Shown piece by piece: positions 37,875-47,272 of a stretch of DNA of 64,000 bases (the first letter of the stretch is position 1; each line of letters starts with the position of its first letter). The position numbers were made by a program, and so were the translations under genes. Below the pieces are notes generated by a model. The model ran no database searches. It worked only from the letters and a program-made list of their open reading frames with translations, and had not been told where the DNA came from. Source of the DNA: a virus; IMG/VR virus record IMGVR_UViG_3300022554_000002, positions 32,001 through 96,000 of that record. One strand, given 5' to 3'.

Positions 37875-39425
37875 TTACTTACCCTTACATTTATAAGAAG
37901 GTCTTGGAAGTCCTGCCTTAGCCATTGCAATCAAGGCAAGTTTCTTCATTTCTGCATCCCTATCCTCTACACCACTTTCCTTCCTAATCCAAGCCTCATA
38001 ATTTTCCATACCAAGAGAAGTAATGTCAAATCCATCCCTATTAGCAAAAATATTACCATCTTTACCAATCTTAGGACGATTAGAACCACCACGTTGTGCA
38101 ATAGTTCTAATTCCGCAACAAAGCCTCATAACCCTAGTACGCATCACCTGATAATCAATAAACACTGCTTCACGTTTAACCAGACAACAATCAGCATCAG
38201 TTTCAGATGGCAACCTCATAACACGTCCAAGAGCCTGTAGCAACTTATTCTCAGACTTAATTCGTGCAATACAATGACAATACTTCAATCGTGGAATGTT
38301 AATCGACTCCACACCCAACATCACTGTAACAAAGCCAATACACTCACCAGAATTTAATTTCTGTTGAATTGCTTCGCGTTCTTTTGGAGGAATTCCATCA
38401 ATACCTAATTTCTTATCACCTGAAACGTAAGCAATAAATCCTTCGTATCCAAGACGCTTATTTAGAATATTACAAAGGTCCGTTGCTTCGCTTTGACGTG
38501 ACACAAATACAGCATGTCCAGCAGGTTTCTTAGCTCCCCGCTCCTTAGCACTCTCTTCTTCCAACTTAACTGTCTTCAAAATTCCATCAGCACACAAATC
38601 AAGATATTTAAGTAGCTTCTTTCGTGCCATTCGTAACAAAACCATTTCACTACGATTAACAATCTCTTCATCATTAACTTTAATATCAATTGGAACACTC
38701 ATACCATACAGTGAAGACAAAGAGCCTTCCAGAATCAACTGTTGAGCAGTAACCTTAATATCTGGTGTGTGTTGCCCAAAGGGTGCCTTACCATCTGCAC
38801 GTCCATAAGTGCCTGTAACCGCCAAAACGTGTGCACCTTGTGTCATTGCCTTCTTACGAATAATCTTTTCAACTTTTCCAATAATTGCAGTTTCGTTTTC
38901 AGGGTCATGTGGAATACGGTGAACTTCATCAATGATAACAAGTCCAGCCTGTCCCAATGCTCCACTAATTACTACATCTGAAGCACCCTTAACAACGTCA
39001 TAAGGTGTAACAATGTAAACCATTGCATTCGGTGGGAATAGTTCCATACTCGTATTATATCGTGCATAAATGTACGATTCTGGAAGAATTCCCATGTGTT
39101 GGGTCAGAACACGCTTAAACTCCTTAACGAAGTGCACCATAGCATCACGTTTAGGAGAAATGAATACAACTCGTTTACCATCCTTAAGATAAGGAAGTGC
39201 AGCAGTAGCAGTAAGAATAGTCTTACCACCAGCACAGTAAATCTCTGCACCTACAAGTTGTTGCTTATTAAGGAGTTCTGGCAATTGGTTAACAACCGTT
39301 TGCTGGAATCCACGAAGAACAATAGGCTTATTCTCAGGAGTCCAAGGGTTTATAAGGTGATTATGCTCTAATACCTTATAAAGACAGTCAAAACTCTTAT
39401 CCGTCTGTGTTTGAATAGTTTCCAT
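37875..39425 (-). CDS. Superfamily II helicase (type III restriction Res/DEAD-like)
   Basis: LRGFQ, YCAGGKT, IIDEVH, VTGTYGRADG, GVESINIPRL and QALGRVMR; ends in a half repeat MAKAGLPRP. Confidence 0.88.
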   Translation of the reverse strand: METIQTQTDKSFDCLYKVLEHNHLINPWTPENKPIVLRGFQQTVVNQLPELLNKQQLVGAEIYCAGGKTILTATAALPYLKDGKRVVFISPKRDAMVHFVKEFKRVLTQHMGILPESYIYARYNTSMELFPPNAMVYIVTPYDVVKGASDVVISGALGQAGLVIIDEVHRIPHDPENETAIIGKVEKIIRKKAMTQGAHVLAVTGTYGRADGKAPFGQHTPDIKVTAQQLILEGSLSSLYGMSVPIDIKVNDEEIVNRSEMVLLRMARKKLLKYLDLCADGILKTVKLEEESAKERGAKKPAGHAVFVSRQSEATDLCNILNKRLGYEGFIAYVSGDKKLGIDGIPPKEREAIQQKLNSGECIGFVTVMLGVESINIPRLKYCHCIARIKSENKLLQALGRVMRLPSETDADCCLVKREAVFIDYQVMRTRVMRLCCGIRTIAQRGGSNRPKIGKDGNIFANRDGFDITSLGMENYEAWIRKESGVEDRDAEMKKLALIAMAKAGLPRPSYKCKGK

Positions 39426-39446
39426 AAATAACCCTTTCTACTTAGT

Positions 39447-39475
39447 ATTATAATAAGAAGCTAAGGAATTGTCAA
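39447..39475 (-). promoter_or_regulatory. Sigma70-type promoter TTGACA-N17-TATAAT
   Basis: Perfect hexamers upstream of the SF2 helicase. Confidence 0.8.
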
Positions 39476-40836
39476 GAAGAAAATGCAAGCTTTCTAGCAT
39501 AGCTATCATAATCAGCTTGACTTGGATTATAGAATAGCATTCGATTATAATCTGTATGAATGGTATAGGTATAACCGCAAGCCTGATCACGATATGCATC
39601 CAAATAAATTCGCATTTTATTGGCTTTCTTTTCAGCGTCAGTTACATTTAATGTAGCCAAAAGATCAGCAACACGTACTTTACTATAACAGTCAGCCAAA
39701 TTTTGCCTTGTGTAGACGAAATTTTCATCAATTCTAGGATTCGACCCCATTGGTGCACGTGTAACCTGTGAAGCAGTCCACATCACCACATTATATGTAT
39801 TGGCAATGGTTTTCAAATCCCGATAAACCGACTGCTGATCCAAATATGTATTACCTTCTCCACCCTTTCTTGGAGTTAGCAAATCACCATAGTCTACAAT
39901 CACCAAATCAGGTTTAAAGTTATATTTTGCAAGATTATCCAACTCTTCTACAATGTGCAATGGAGTCCTATCAAAATCCAACATATTACAAACTACCAAT
40001 GAATTACCATACTTCTCATAATTCCTATATGCTTCCTGTGGAATGGCATTATGAACTACATCAGTATAAGATTGTAACAGGAATCGTGAATCGTAACGAT
40101 CATCCGTCTGTCCATCACGTCCCTCAAGATTAATATGCAATACTTTATAATTTCCATGATATCGCATACAAACATAAGCACCAACATTCATAAGGAAAAT
40201 AGACTTACCAACTTTGGCATCTGCAACAACGACACCCATTTCGCCTTTGGCTAGTCCACCACCTGTCTGACTGTCTAATGGGAATACACCCATTTCAATA
40301 CGTTCTACACCCTGTTCAAAACAACTTCTACGAGTAATACGTTTTTGAATGTCATTAAAAAAGAATGTTCGTTTTGGTGGTTCCAAGCTTACTTTGTTAC
40401 ACACGTCAATAACCTCCTGATTAGTTGTTAGTGCACCATCAATGTCATTCTTTTCATACTGGGACTTAATCTTGTCGTATCCCCGAACGAAAATATGACG
40501 TTTTATGAATCGTGTCAAATTGTCCAACAAGTATTCTTTGTCTGTACTGCTGTCAATGTCCCTAACTTCCTTCAGAACCGTAATATACTGTGGCCATTGA
40601 TCCTGTGGAAGTGTTTCCTGAATGAAATTAATATAAACATCAATTGTGATACCCTTATCATATTTTTTGTAATATTCTACCATCTTCTTATAAATCCACT
40701 GAAGCTGTTCAGTGTCAAAGAATTGTGGTTTAGCATGTTCAATAATTCGACCTAACATTAATGGATCATTTAACAACAAATTGAGTAACTTCTTTTGAAA
40801 CTCAATACCAAATGGAAAACGTTCTTCTTCTGCCAT
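39472..40836 (-). CDS. dnaB: Replicative DnaB-like helicase
   Basis: GGLAKGE, ADAKVGKS, INLE, VIVDYGDLL, WTASQVTR and KVRVAD. Confidence 0.9.
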   Translation of the reverse strand: MAEEERFPFGIEFQKKLLNLLLNDPLMLGRIIEHAKPQFFDTEQLQWIYKKMVEYYKKYDKGITIDVYINFIQETLPQDQWPQYITVLKEVRDIDSSTDKEYLLDNLTRFIKRHIFVRGYDKIKSQYEKNDIDGALTTNQEVIDVCNKVSLEPPKRTFFFNDIQKRITRRSCFEQGVERIEMGVFPLDSQTGGGLAKGEMGVVVADAKVGKSIFLMNVGAYVCMRYHGNYKVLHINLEGRDGQTDDRYDSRFLLQSYTDVVHNAIPQEAYRNYEKYGNSLVVCNMLDFDRTPLHIVEELDNLAKYNFKPDLVIVDYGDLLTPRKGGEGNTYLDQQSVYRDLKTIANTYNVVMWTASQVTRAPMGSNPRIDENFVYTRQNLADCYSKVRVADLLATLNVTDAEKKANKMRIYLDAYRDQACGYTYTIHTDYNRMLFYNPSQADYDSYARKLAFSS

Positions 40837-40840
40837 TCAA

Positions 40841-41230
40841 TTAACCCTTCTTGTAAAATCTGGTTGTGGCTACATGATAGCCTTCGTTTAAAGCCTCTAA
40901 ATCTTTATTTAAATCATGTGAATCTTCTGGATGCCTGATAATCTCAAAAGCAACAGCAACATCTAAAATCTTTTCTGGAATTTGTGCTAATACTTCAAAA
41001 ATAGTTGGTTTAAAAAATCCATAATAAGACCATGAATGATACGTTTTAAAATCACCACAAGGAATAATACCTTTTGCCTCTGTTGTAAATTCAGCACTCC
41101 ATGTATAAGCCACACTGTACAAATTAACAGGTTTAATATACATTAAAACATCATTGTGCATAATTACAGGTTTTATAATCTCTGCTCGTCTGTTAATTTC
41201 TTCTTTTGATACTATTGGAATATATTTCAT
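40841..41230 (-). CDS. Conserved-looking phage hypothetical protein
   Basis: TYHSWSYYGFFKPTIFEVLAQIP motif. Confidence 0.7.
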   Translation of the reverse strand: MKYIPIVSKEEINRRAEIIKPVIMHNDVLMYIKPVNLYSVAYTWSAEFTTEAKGIIPCGDFKTYHSWSYYGFFKPTIFEVLAQIPEKILDVAVAFEIIRHPEDSHDLNKDLEALNEGYHVATTRFYKKG

Positions 41231-41532
41231 TAATTAGACTCTCCTGCAAGCCACTCTGGTACGTCCACCATATCTACTACTGTACCTTTTTTATCATGCC
41301 AGCAATCACCACAATAATGAATCTTACCCTTAGTCATAATTAAATGACACCTGCTTGATGCATGATTCTGATTACACAACAAAGATGGTGTAAATGTTGG
41401 TAATTCCATATTTCCATCAAAAATCCAAGGTGGAGTAGTGTAAGCATGAGCCTCATTACAACCGGGACACCAGAACCAAAATTGATACCCCTCTTTGTCT
41501 CCGTCCTTAAAATGATGTTTTACTATTTTCAC
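41230..41532 (-). CDS. Cys/His metal-binding protein, DUF6527-like
   Basis: WCPGCNEAH...W.FDGN..PTFTPSLL...CHLIMTKGKI.YCGDCWH. Confidence 0.65.
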   Translation of the reverse strand: MKIVKHHFKDGDKEGYQFWFWCPGCNEAHAYTTPPWIFDGNMELPTFTPSLLCNQNHASSRCHLIMTKGKIHYCGDCWHDKKGTVVDMVDVPEWLAGESN

Positions 41533-43295
41533 TTCTTACTACCTTTCAACACACTAAGAAAATCTTCTGTCTCAATCAACTCTTCATCAGGATTCACAAC
41601 CTGATTCACAAAGCTTTCTTTTCTCTCTAACAGTTTACGAACCCATTCATCTACCGTGTCCTCACAGTTAAGTACAATCAGGGTTGACGTACCTTTTGCA
41701 TCACGTCTTTGAATTCTTCCTCTCGATTGTGTTAGAGTTAGAAGAGACAACGGTTCATCTAAGTAGATAGCCGTTCTAGCTATACCCAAATTTGAACTGG
41801 CAGAGATTTCATCGTCTAAAATACTTGCGAGAATCCTACAACCTGACTTGGGATTTATAAAATCTTCAATATTCTTACTTCTCTGCTGCATTGTAAGACC
41901 ATTCGCAATACCGGCATTCAAAGCAGCACCATAACCCTCTGAATACTTGTTAACTACCATATCCAATGCTGGTCTAAATGAAGACCACACTATCACCTTC
42001 TGCTTTTTATCATCTAGAATCTCAGATAACAAAGCATCTAACGCTTCAAACTTTGCTGACTTCTGTGTTTCACCTAATAAGAATGGATGAACTAAATACT
42101 GTCTCAACCGTAAAGTCTTGGTAATAATAGAGTTAAGGTGTAATGCCTTCTCTGGATTTGCAGCTATTTCCTTGTATGTTTCTTCCTTAATTCTATCATA
42201 TACTGCACGTTGTTCCTCACCAAGTTCTGTCTTATGAATAGTCAACATCGTTTCAGGGAAACCTTCAACGTCATCGTGTGTTTTTCTAAAAGTCCACATA
42301 TCTACCAAATACTTTAATTGTTCAAGATTCTTGTAACCTTTAATAATCGGTACTTTCTGTCTTCGGCCTTTTGGCTTGATTAAAATCTTCTTACAAAAGT
42401 AATTTTCAAACCGTGTCTTCGCTGGAACCACCAAAGGATTCAAAATCTTAAGAATACTATAGACTTCAATTGGTCGTTCAGCTACCGGAGTACCTGTCAA
42501 TGCATAACGGTACTTTGGTTTCCACGAATCTACAATTGCATGTATAGCCTCTGACCGTTTAGCATTCATATTCCTAAAGATATGTGCTTCATCTAAAACT
42601 ACAAAGTTGATCGGCAGTGCACACAAAGAACCTACAACCAACTCAGACAACAAACAATCGTAGTGTACAACCAGAAGGTCTTGAGTAAAGTTGTCAATGT
42701 CTTCCATCACCTTCTCAGTACCATTACGAATAATCTTATAGGTGTAATTAGTGTGCTTTATAATCTCGTTCTTCCAAGTCAGCTTACCATTATTGGTTAC
42801 AAAGATAATACCTGCTGCCACCTTTTTCTGATTATGTAAGATATTGTACGCTGACAATGCTGATAATGTCTTACCAATGCCGACTGAACAGGCATTAATA
42901 CCCTGTTCACGAAACAATAGGAAAGAAGTAGCTGACTTCTGATCAAAGAATGGTACTGATCTTAAATTAGGATTAATCTGGTCATTATACTTACCATTTT
43001 TGTAATTATCTATCTCTGATCGTAAAACAATATACTTCTTACAAATATCCAATGCCATATCTGAATAATTAAAATTAATCGGAACATTGGAAGTATTTAA
43101 CAAACTACGAAGAATGAAAAAATCACAAATAGAAGATGTATACTTTCCATCCCTACCGATTTTGAAAGTCAACAATCCCTGCAACATGGCAAGGATTGTT
43201 GGACTATCATGCTGCTCCTGTTGATATGTAATGGTACAATGTTCAGGAGAAACTATGAATTGTTGTATTTCCTGCTTAATATCAATAATCATCAA
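41529..43295 (-). CDS. SNF2-family helicase
   Basis: VGIGKT, VVLDEAH, ALTGTPV, KVIVWS, NLGIA and QSRGRIQR. Confidence 0.9.
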   Translation of the reverse strand: MMIIDIKQEIQQFIVSPEHCTITYQQEQHDSPTILAMLQGLLTFKIGRDGKYTSSICDFFILRSLLNTSNVPINFNYSDMALDICKKYIVLRSEIDNYKNGKYNDQINPNLRSVPFFDQKSATSFLLFREQGINACSVGIGKTLSALSAYNILHNQKKVAAGIIFVTNNGKLTWKNEIIKHTNYTYKIIRNGTEKVMEDIDNFTQDLLVVHYDCLLSELVVGSLCALPINFVVLDEAHIFRNMNAKRSEAIHAIVDSWKPKYRYALTGTPVAERPIEVYSILKILNPLVVPAKTRFENYFCKKILIKPKGRRQKVPIIKGYKNLEQLKYLVDMWTFRKTHDDVEGFPETMLTIHKTELGEEQRAVYDRIKEETYKEIAANPEKALHLNSIITKTLRLRQYLVHPFLLGETQKSAKFEALDALLSEILDDKKQKVIVWSSFRPALDMVVNKYSEGYGAALNAGIANGLTMQQRSKNIEDFINPKSGCRILASILDDEISASSNLGIARTAIYLDEPLSLLTLTQSRGRIQRRDAKGTSTLIVLNCEDTVDEWVRKLLERKESFVNQVVNPDEELIETEDFLSVLKGSKK

Positions 43296-43649
43296 TTATT
43301 CTTTAACAAATCGACCCTTTGAATCTCTTTTCTGCTTTTTTTCATCAACAAGGTCTATTTGATCAACCTTTGAAAACTGACTCTTTCTATTTGTAAGCTT
43401 TGTTCGTGGTTTTACTACTTTTACATTAGTTACAGCTAATTCATAAACTGATTTAATAGTTGGTCCATATGAATTTTTAGCCTTACTAAATTCACTTTTA
43501 CCCCGCTTCTTTATTTTAATTTTTACTTCTGACTGAGCACCACCAGTCATTTTGAGAAAACCAATTAATGTTTTCTCAAATGCTTCCATTGCCTTTTTTC
43601 GTTGATTCTCAAGATCATCAACATTGTGTTTCTTACTACTTGTCATCAT
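43296..43649 (-). CDS. Basic hypothetical protein (C-terminal RDSKGRF)
   Basis: Lys-rich ORF. Confidence 0.65.
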   Translation of the reverse strand: MMTSSKKHNVDDLENQRKKAMEAFEKTLIGFLKMTGGAQSEVKIKIKKRGKSEFSKAKNSYGPTIKSVYELAVTNVKVVKPRTKLTNRKSQFSKVDQIDLVDEKKQKRDSKGRFVKE

Positions 43650-43873
43650 TCTTCTCCTTGTAAACAAAGGTATTTATGTTTCGCACCCCAAAATTGCCAT
43701 ACATCATCATTTTCATCTACGAACATGTAGGAGACACTTACTCCAAAATCAGTCGTTACAGAAAGCTTTTTAATTTGTTTAATCTTGTAACCAATTAAAT
43801 AACCTCTTGAATCACCCTTAAAGATGGTATCACCAGCTTTAATATCATCAATATCCTTCATTACAAAGTTCAT
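43646..43873 (-). CDS. Small hypothetical protein
   Basis: ORF track; ATGA overlaps. Confidence 0.6.
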   Translation of the reverse strand: MNFVMKDIDDIKAGDTIFKGDSRGYLIGYKIKQIKKLSVTTDFGVSVSYMFVDENDDVWQFWGAKHKYLCLQGEE

Positions 43874-44325
43874 AGCCCACCACGTACCAATTTAGTCAAA
43901 TACTCATCAGAATCCTTCTCATTTGAGAAAATAATATCTGCTGCCTCAAGAACAAAAGCGTGTCGATGAATATTATCTTCTTCCATAGCAAGAATGGAAT
44001 GCTTGCCAAAATGGGATGCCCATGCCAACTCCATCACAGAACCAATAGATACAGCCTTACAACCAACAAAACTCGCGTACACAATGTCTGCTGAAGCTAC
44101 CATCCACTTATCACGCTCATAAATAGCATGATTTGTAGATGCTGGATGCTTATCATAACCATGTGCACGAAGTGCTAATTCATTACGAAGATAGTTCTTA
44201 CCTGTCATTGGACAAAGAACATCCAAACCCAAATAATTCTTACAAAAATCAACCTTGGTATTGTAATAAGCCACAACCTCTTCATACGATAATCCACTAA
44301 TGGGATGGATCAAATAAATCTTCAT
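43870..44325 (-). CDS. Nucleoside 2-deoxyribosyltransferase-like (NDT/Rcl) protein
   Basis: KIYLIHPI...RDKWMVASADIV...SIGSVMELAWA...K. Confidence 0.8.
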   Translation of the reverse strand: MKIYLIHPISGLSYEEVVAYYNTKVDFCKNYLGLDVLCPMTGKNYLRNELALRAHGYDKHPASTNHAIYERDKWMVASADIVYASFVGCKAVSIGSVMELAWASHFGKHSILAMEEDNIHRHAFVLEAADIIFSNEKDSDEYLTKLVRGGL

Positions 44326-44738
44326 TTCTTTTTCTCCTTGTCCACTTTAACCTCTTCCACACACTGTTCCAAATAACCCTGTAATGCTTCCATATTCTGT
44401 TCAGTAAAATTTGCACGAACACTAGATGGAGGTAAAGTATTGGTATCCACAAACTTAATAAAGAAAAAACATGCTTTTACAATTGCGGAAGGAATCTTAT
44501 CTTCTAAATCACTTCGGTTATCCGCGAACCAATCTAAAGCAACAGTTTCCAAACTTCTAGTTTCCAACTTCTCAGTTAAATCGTCATTCCACTTCTTCCA
44601 ATCCTTCTCTGTGGAAAATTCTGCCACGTAAGCCTTTGCGGCTTTATAAATACCATCCTTATACTTACTCCACACATCTACCTTATCACTGCCGAAAACG
44701 CTGATAGACAAAAGAAGTAAAGGTAAAAGCTTTAGCAT
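44322..44738 (-). CDS. Predicted exported protein
   Basis: MLKLLPLLLLSISVFG signal-peptide-like N-terminus. Confidence 0.7.
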   Translation of the reverse strand: MLKLLPLLLLSISVFGSDKVDVWSKYKDGIYKAAKAYVAEFSTEKDWKKWNDDLTEKLETRSLETVALDWFADNRSDLEDKIPSAIVKACFFFIKFVDTNTLPPSSVRANFTEQNMEALQGYLEQCVEEVKVDKEKKK

Positions 44739-44787
44739 TCATTCTCCAATCATATATAGAATATCCCACATGGATACTCTTATGAAG

Positions 44788-44815
44788 ATTATACTGACTC
44801 AGTTGGATTTGTCAA
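44788..44815 (-). promoter_or_regulatory. Sigma70-type promoter TTGACA-N16-TATAAT
   Basis: Perfect hexamers at the boundary between the structural and replication modules. Confidence 0.8.
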
Positions 44816-44822
44816 GCGAAAA

Positions 44823-46412
44823 TTAATTACTTTGAGAAGTGTAATATGTAACAATTTCACCAAGCAAGACTGTTGTTCCAGATGCATAGGATATTGGTGC
44901 AGTCATTGTTAATTCTAAATCAAATGGATAATTAGGTGCTAAATTGGTTTGATCAATACCACTTATGGTCATGTATAATGAGCCTTCACTTCCTGACACA
45001 ATGTGCAAATTTGCACCTTGGTATGGAGTCCACGCATTGCCAGCAGCATCTATAATTCTGGCAGTTAATTTTGGGTGTTTATAATAGTAATAAAGACCAT
45101 TATGCATTACTTTATGGTGAACTTCAATCTTATCCAATTTATCATAACCTTGTGGCATATATTGTCTTATAAATATTTTCATATTAGGAGATTGTACATA
45201 AGTAGCACCACGATATCCAGTATTGAATTCACGTCTCAACGTTGGTCCATTTTCCAAGTCAGTATTATAAATAACCCTATCTAATGAATCACCATATGGT
45301 GTTGGTTGGAATGCCTGTCCATCATATTTAGGGAACAATGATGATGTGCCTTCGGCTAAATCCAATAAAGCATGCGTGTGATAAGCAGAACCGCCGGACA
45401 GAGAAGTTTTGCTTATTAATTTTGCTAATATATATGGATAGACACCATCCATCGTAATTCCGCTACCCAAACTAATATCATCATGGAATGAAGAGCCAGA
45501 AACAGACAAACCAGAATAGGTAACAGAACAATTACCAATAACGGCTAAATTAGAAATAGTATATTCATTTTGATGCATTAAACCATTTGGAAAACTTCCA
45601 GATAAAATATTACCTGATATACCAGAAGCAATAATTTCGCAACCGACCCCAAGCGTTGCTGTTGTTTCATACGTAATACTATTTTTGTACAATATATTCG
45701 GCTGTCCTGATGCAACACTGGAATCCCAATTAAACTGATTAATAATTTCCAATCCTGACGTATTCAAATACTGTTGATTTAAAATAAGACCATGCGGGTC
45801 TTGCCCATTAAATACGTGGTCTGAAACAATGGTAAAAGGTGTCTTATTAACTGGATTTAAGTTAATTCCAATACCTGACGTAAATGTGGCATATAATACA
45901 CTTCTATTATCTGGTGGATTTGGATTGTCTACCGTAAACTGTGCTGTGACATCTCTGAAAGCAATTGAACTCTTGTACCCAAAATTACTTTCTCCTTCTT
46001 CGACCAATGACAACCACAACCAATTAGAACCTGTCTGAGACAATCCAGACCATGATATCTCAGTTCCAATTTGATCGAATCCAACAACAATATTATTAAT
46101 AATTGCTAAAGGATATGTGGCTTTAACAATCAACATATTTGCTGCGTGATTATGTGCTTCTTCAGCAATGCCGTCTGTAGCCATAAAACTGAGTCTGCCA
46201 TGAGTTCTTAACAGACCAACCAACGTATTCTCAATAATTGTAGCTTTTGTCTTTTCATCTTTAGATGAGCGTTTATATGTTCCGTCTGGTAAAATATTAC
46301 CTGCTTCTAGATATGGAAGATTATAAACGGGTGTCTTACCCATGTAATAAAATGGGGTTAAATCAGGTCTTGTACCTAAACCACTTAGTAATGAACCAAC
46401 ACCAGAAATCAT
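44823..46412 (-). CDS. Ser-Gly-rich virion protein (tail fibre/baseplate-like), paralogue of 47273..49057
   Basis: Shared blocks IIEN.L, DPHG.ILNQ, G.T.DG..P, HTH and D.LD...V.H. Confidence 0.7.
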   Translation of the reverse strand: MISGVGSLLSGLGTRPDLTPFYYMGKTPVYNLPYLEAGNILPDGTYKRSSKDEKTKATIIENTLVGLLRTHGRLSFMATDGIAEEAHNHAANMLIVKATYPLAIINNIVVGFDQIGTEISWSGLSQTGSNWLWLSLVEEGESNFGYKSSIAFRDVTAQFTVDNPNPPDNRSVLYATFTSGIGINLNPVNKTPFTIVSDHVFNGQDPHGLILNQQYLNTSGLEIINQFNWDSSVASGQPNILYKNSITYETTATLGVGCEIIASGISGNILSGSFPNGLMHQNEYTISNLAVIGNCSVTYSGLSVSGSSFHDDISLGSGITMDGVYPYILAKLISKTSLSGGSAYHTHALLDLAEGTSSLFPKYDGQAFQPTPYGDSLDRVIYNTDLENGPTLRREFNTGYRGATYVQSPNMKIFIRQYMPQGYDKLDKIEVHHKVMHNGLYYYYKHPKLTARIIDAAGNAWTPYQGANLHIVSGSEGSLYMTISGIDQTNLAPNYPFDLELTMTAPISYASGTTVLLGEIVTYYTSQSN

Positions 46413-46413
46413 T

Positions 46414-47271
46414 TTAAACCCCCATTAAAGCTGTTTGAATAGTCAGATGTGCATTAGTAATATCTGTTGATTCAACAGTATAAAACAAGTGCTCACCAGC
46501 AGTTAGCAAATCATTATACACTGGCAAAAAGAAACTATAAAAACCTAATGGTACTGTTAAAGCAGATTCAAATAGTTTAGTTATTAAACCACTACTCCCT
46601 ACTTTATATAATGCAACTGATACCTCTCCTTCTGCATCATTATTTTCAAATACAGCCATAGCATTACCTACCTTGGAAATACCACTTAATATAGGAATAG
46701 GTACATCAACCATTCCTACTGCACATGTTGCAATTTTCCTTACATAATCAATTGTTCTTGTAAATCCAGAACCAGTACCATAATACTTACCTACGCCACG
46801 CACAACAGGATTTAACGGTTGTGCTGGAATCGAAACATCTGGTCCATAATAATATGTCATAGACCATGAATTTAATACTCCTGTAAAATCAGACCAATTA
46901 TAAATAGATAAAACCCAATTAATCGTGGAAGAATTTTTTATCAATGAAACCCAATTAGATAACGGATATGCATAAACCTCTCTATTGGTTGGGTATGTAA
47001 TATCAACTAAATAAAGATTACCATGATAACTATTATGCAAACATGTTATATTGTCCAATTCAGTAATAGTATCTGGCCCAACAAAAATATTAAGATTTTT
47101 AGAGCCATCAGATGGTGGGGTTACAGATAACGTAAGGTAAACATTTGAAAGAGTATCAATACTGATATCTGTTGGTACATCAATAGACAGAGTACTCTGT
47201 GTCAAAGTAGGAATTGACCCTACACCTATTGATTTTGGTACATCTATGGAACTAAATGATCTTTCTGGCAT
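46414..47271 (-). CDS. Virion protein with proprotein-convertase P-domain-like N-terminus
   Basis: SIDVP..I..LSNVYLTLSV...LNIFV...NWVLSIYNWSDFTGVLNSWSMTY. Confidence 0.6.
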   Translation of the reverse strand: MPERSFSSIDVPKSIGVGSIPTLTQSTLSIDVPTDISIDTLSNVYLTLSVTPPSDGSKNLNIFVGPDTITELDNITCLHNSYHGNLYLVDITYPTNREVYAYPLSNWVSLIKNSSTINWVLSIYNWSDFTGVLNSWSMTYYYGPDVSIPAQPLNPVVRGVGKYYGTGSGFTRTIDYVRKIATCAVGMVDVPIPILSGISKVGNAMAVFENNDAEGEVSVALYKVGSSGLITKLFESALTVPLGFYSFFLPVYNDLLTAGEHLFYTVESTDITNAHLTIQTALMGV

Positions 47272-47272
47272 T

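Noticed and set aside
39733-39750. GGATTCGACCCC T-loop-like string
   Set aside because: Lies inside dnaB coding sequence with no surrounding cloverleaf.
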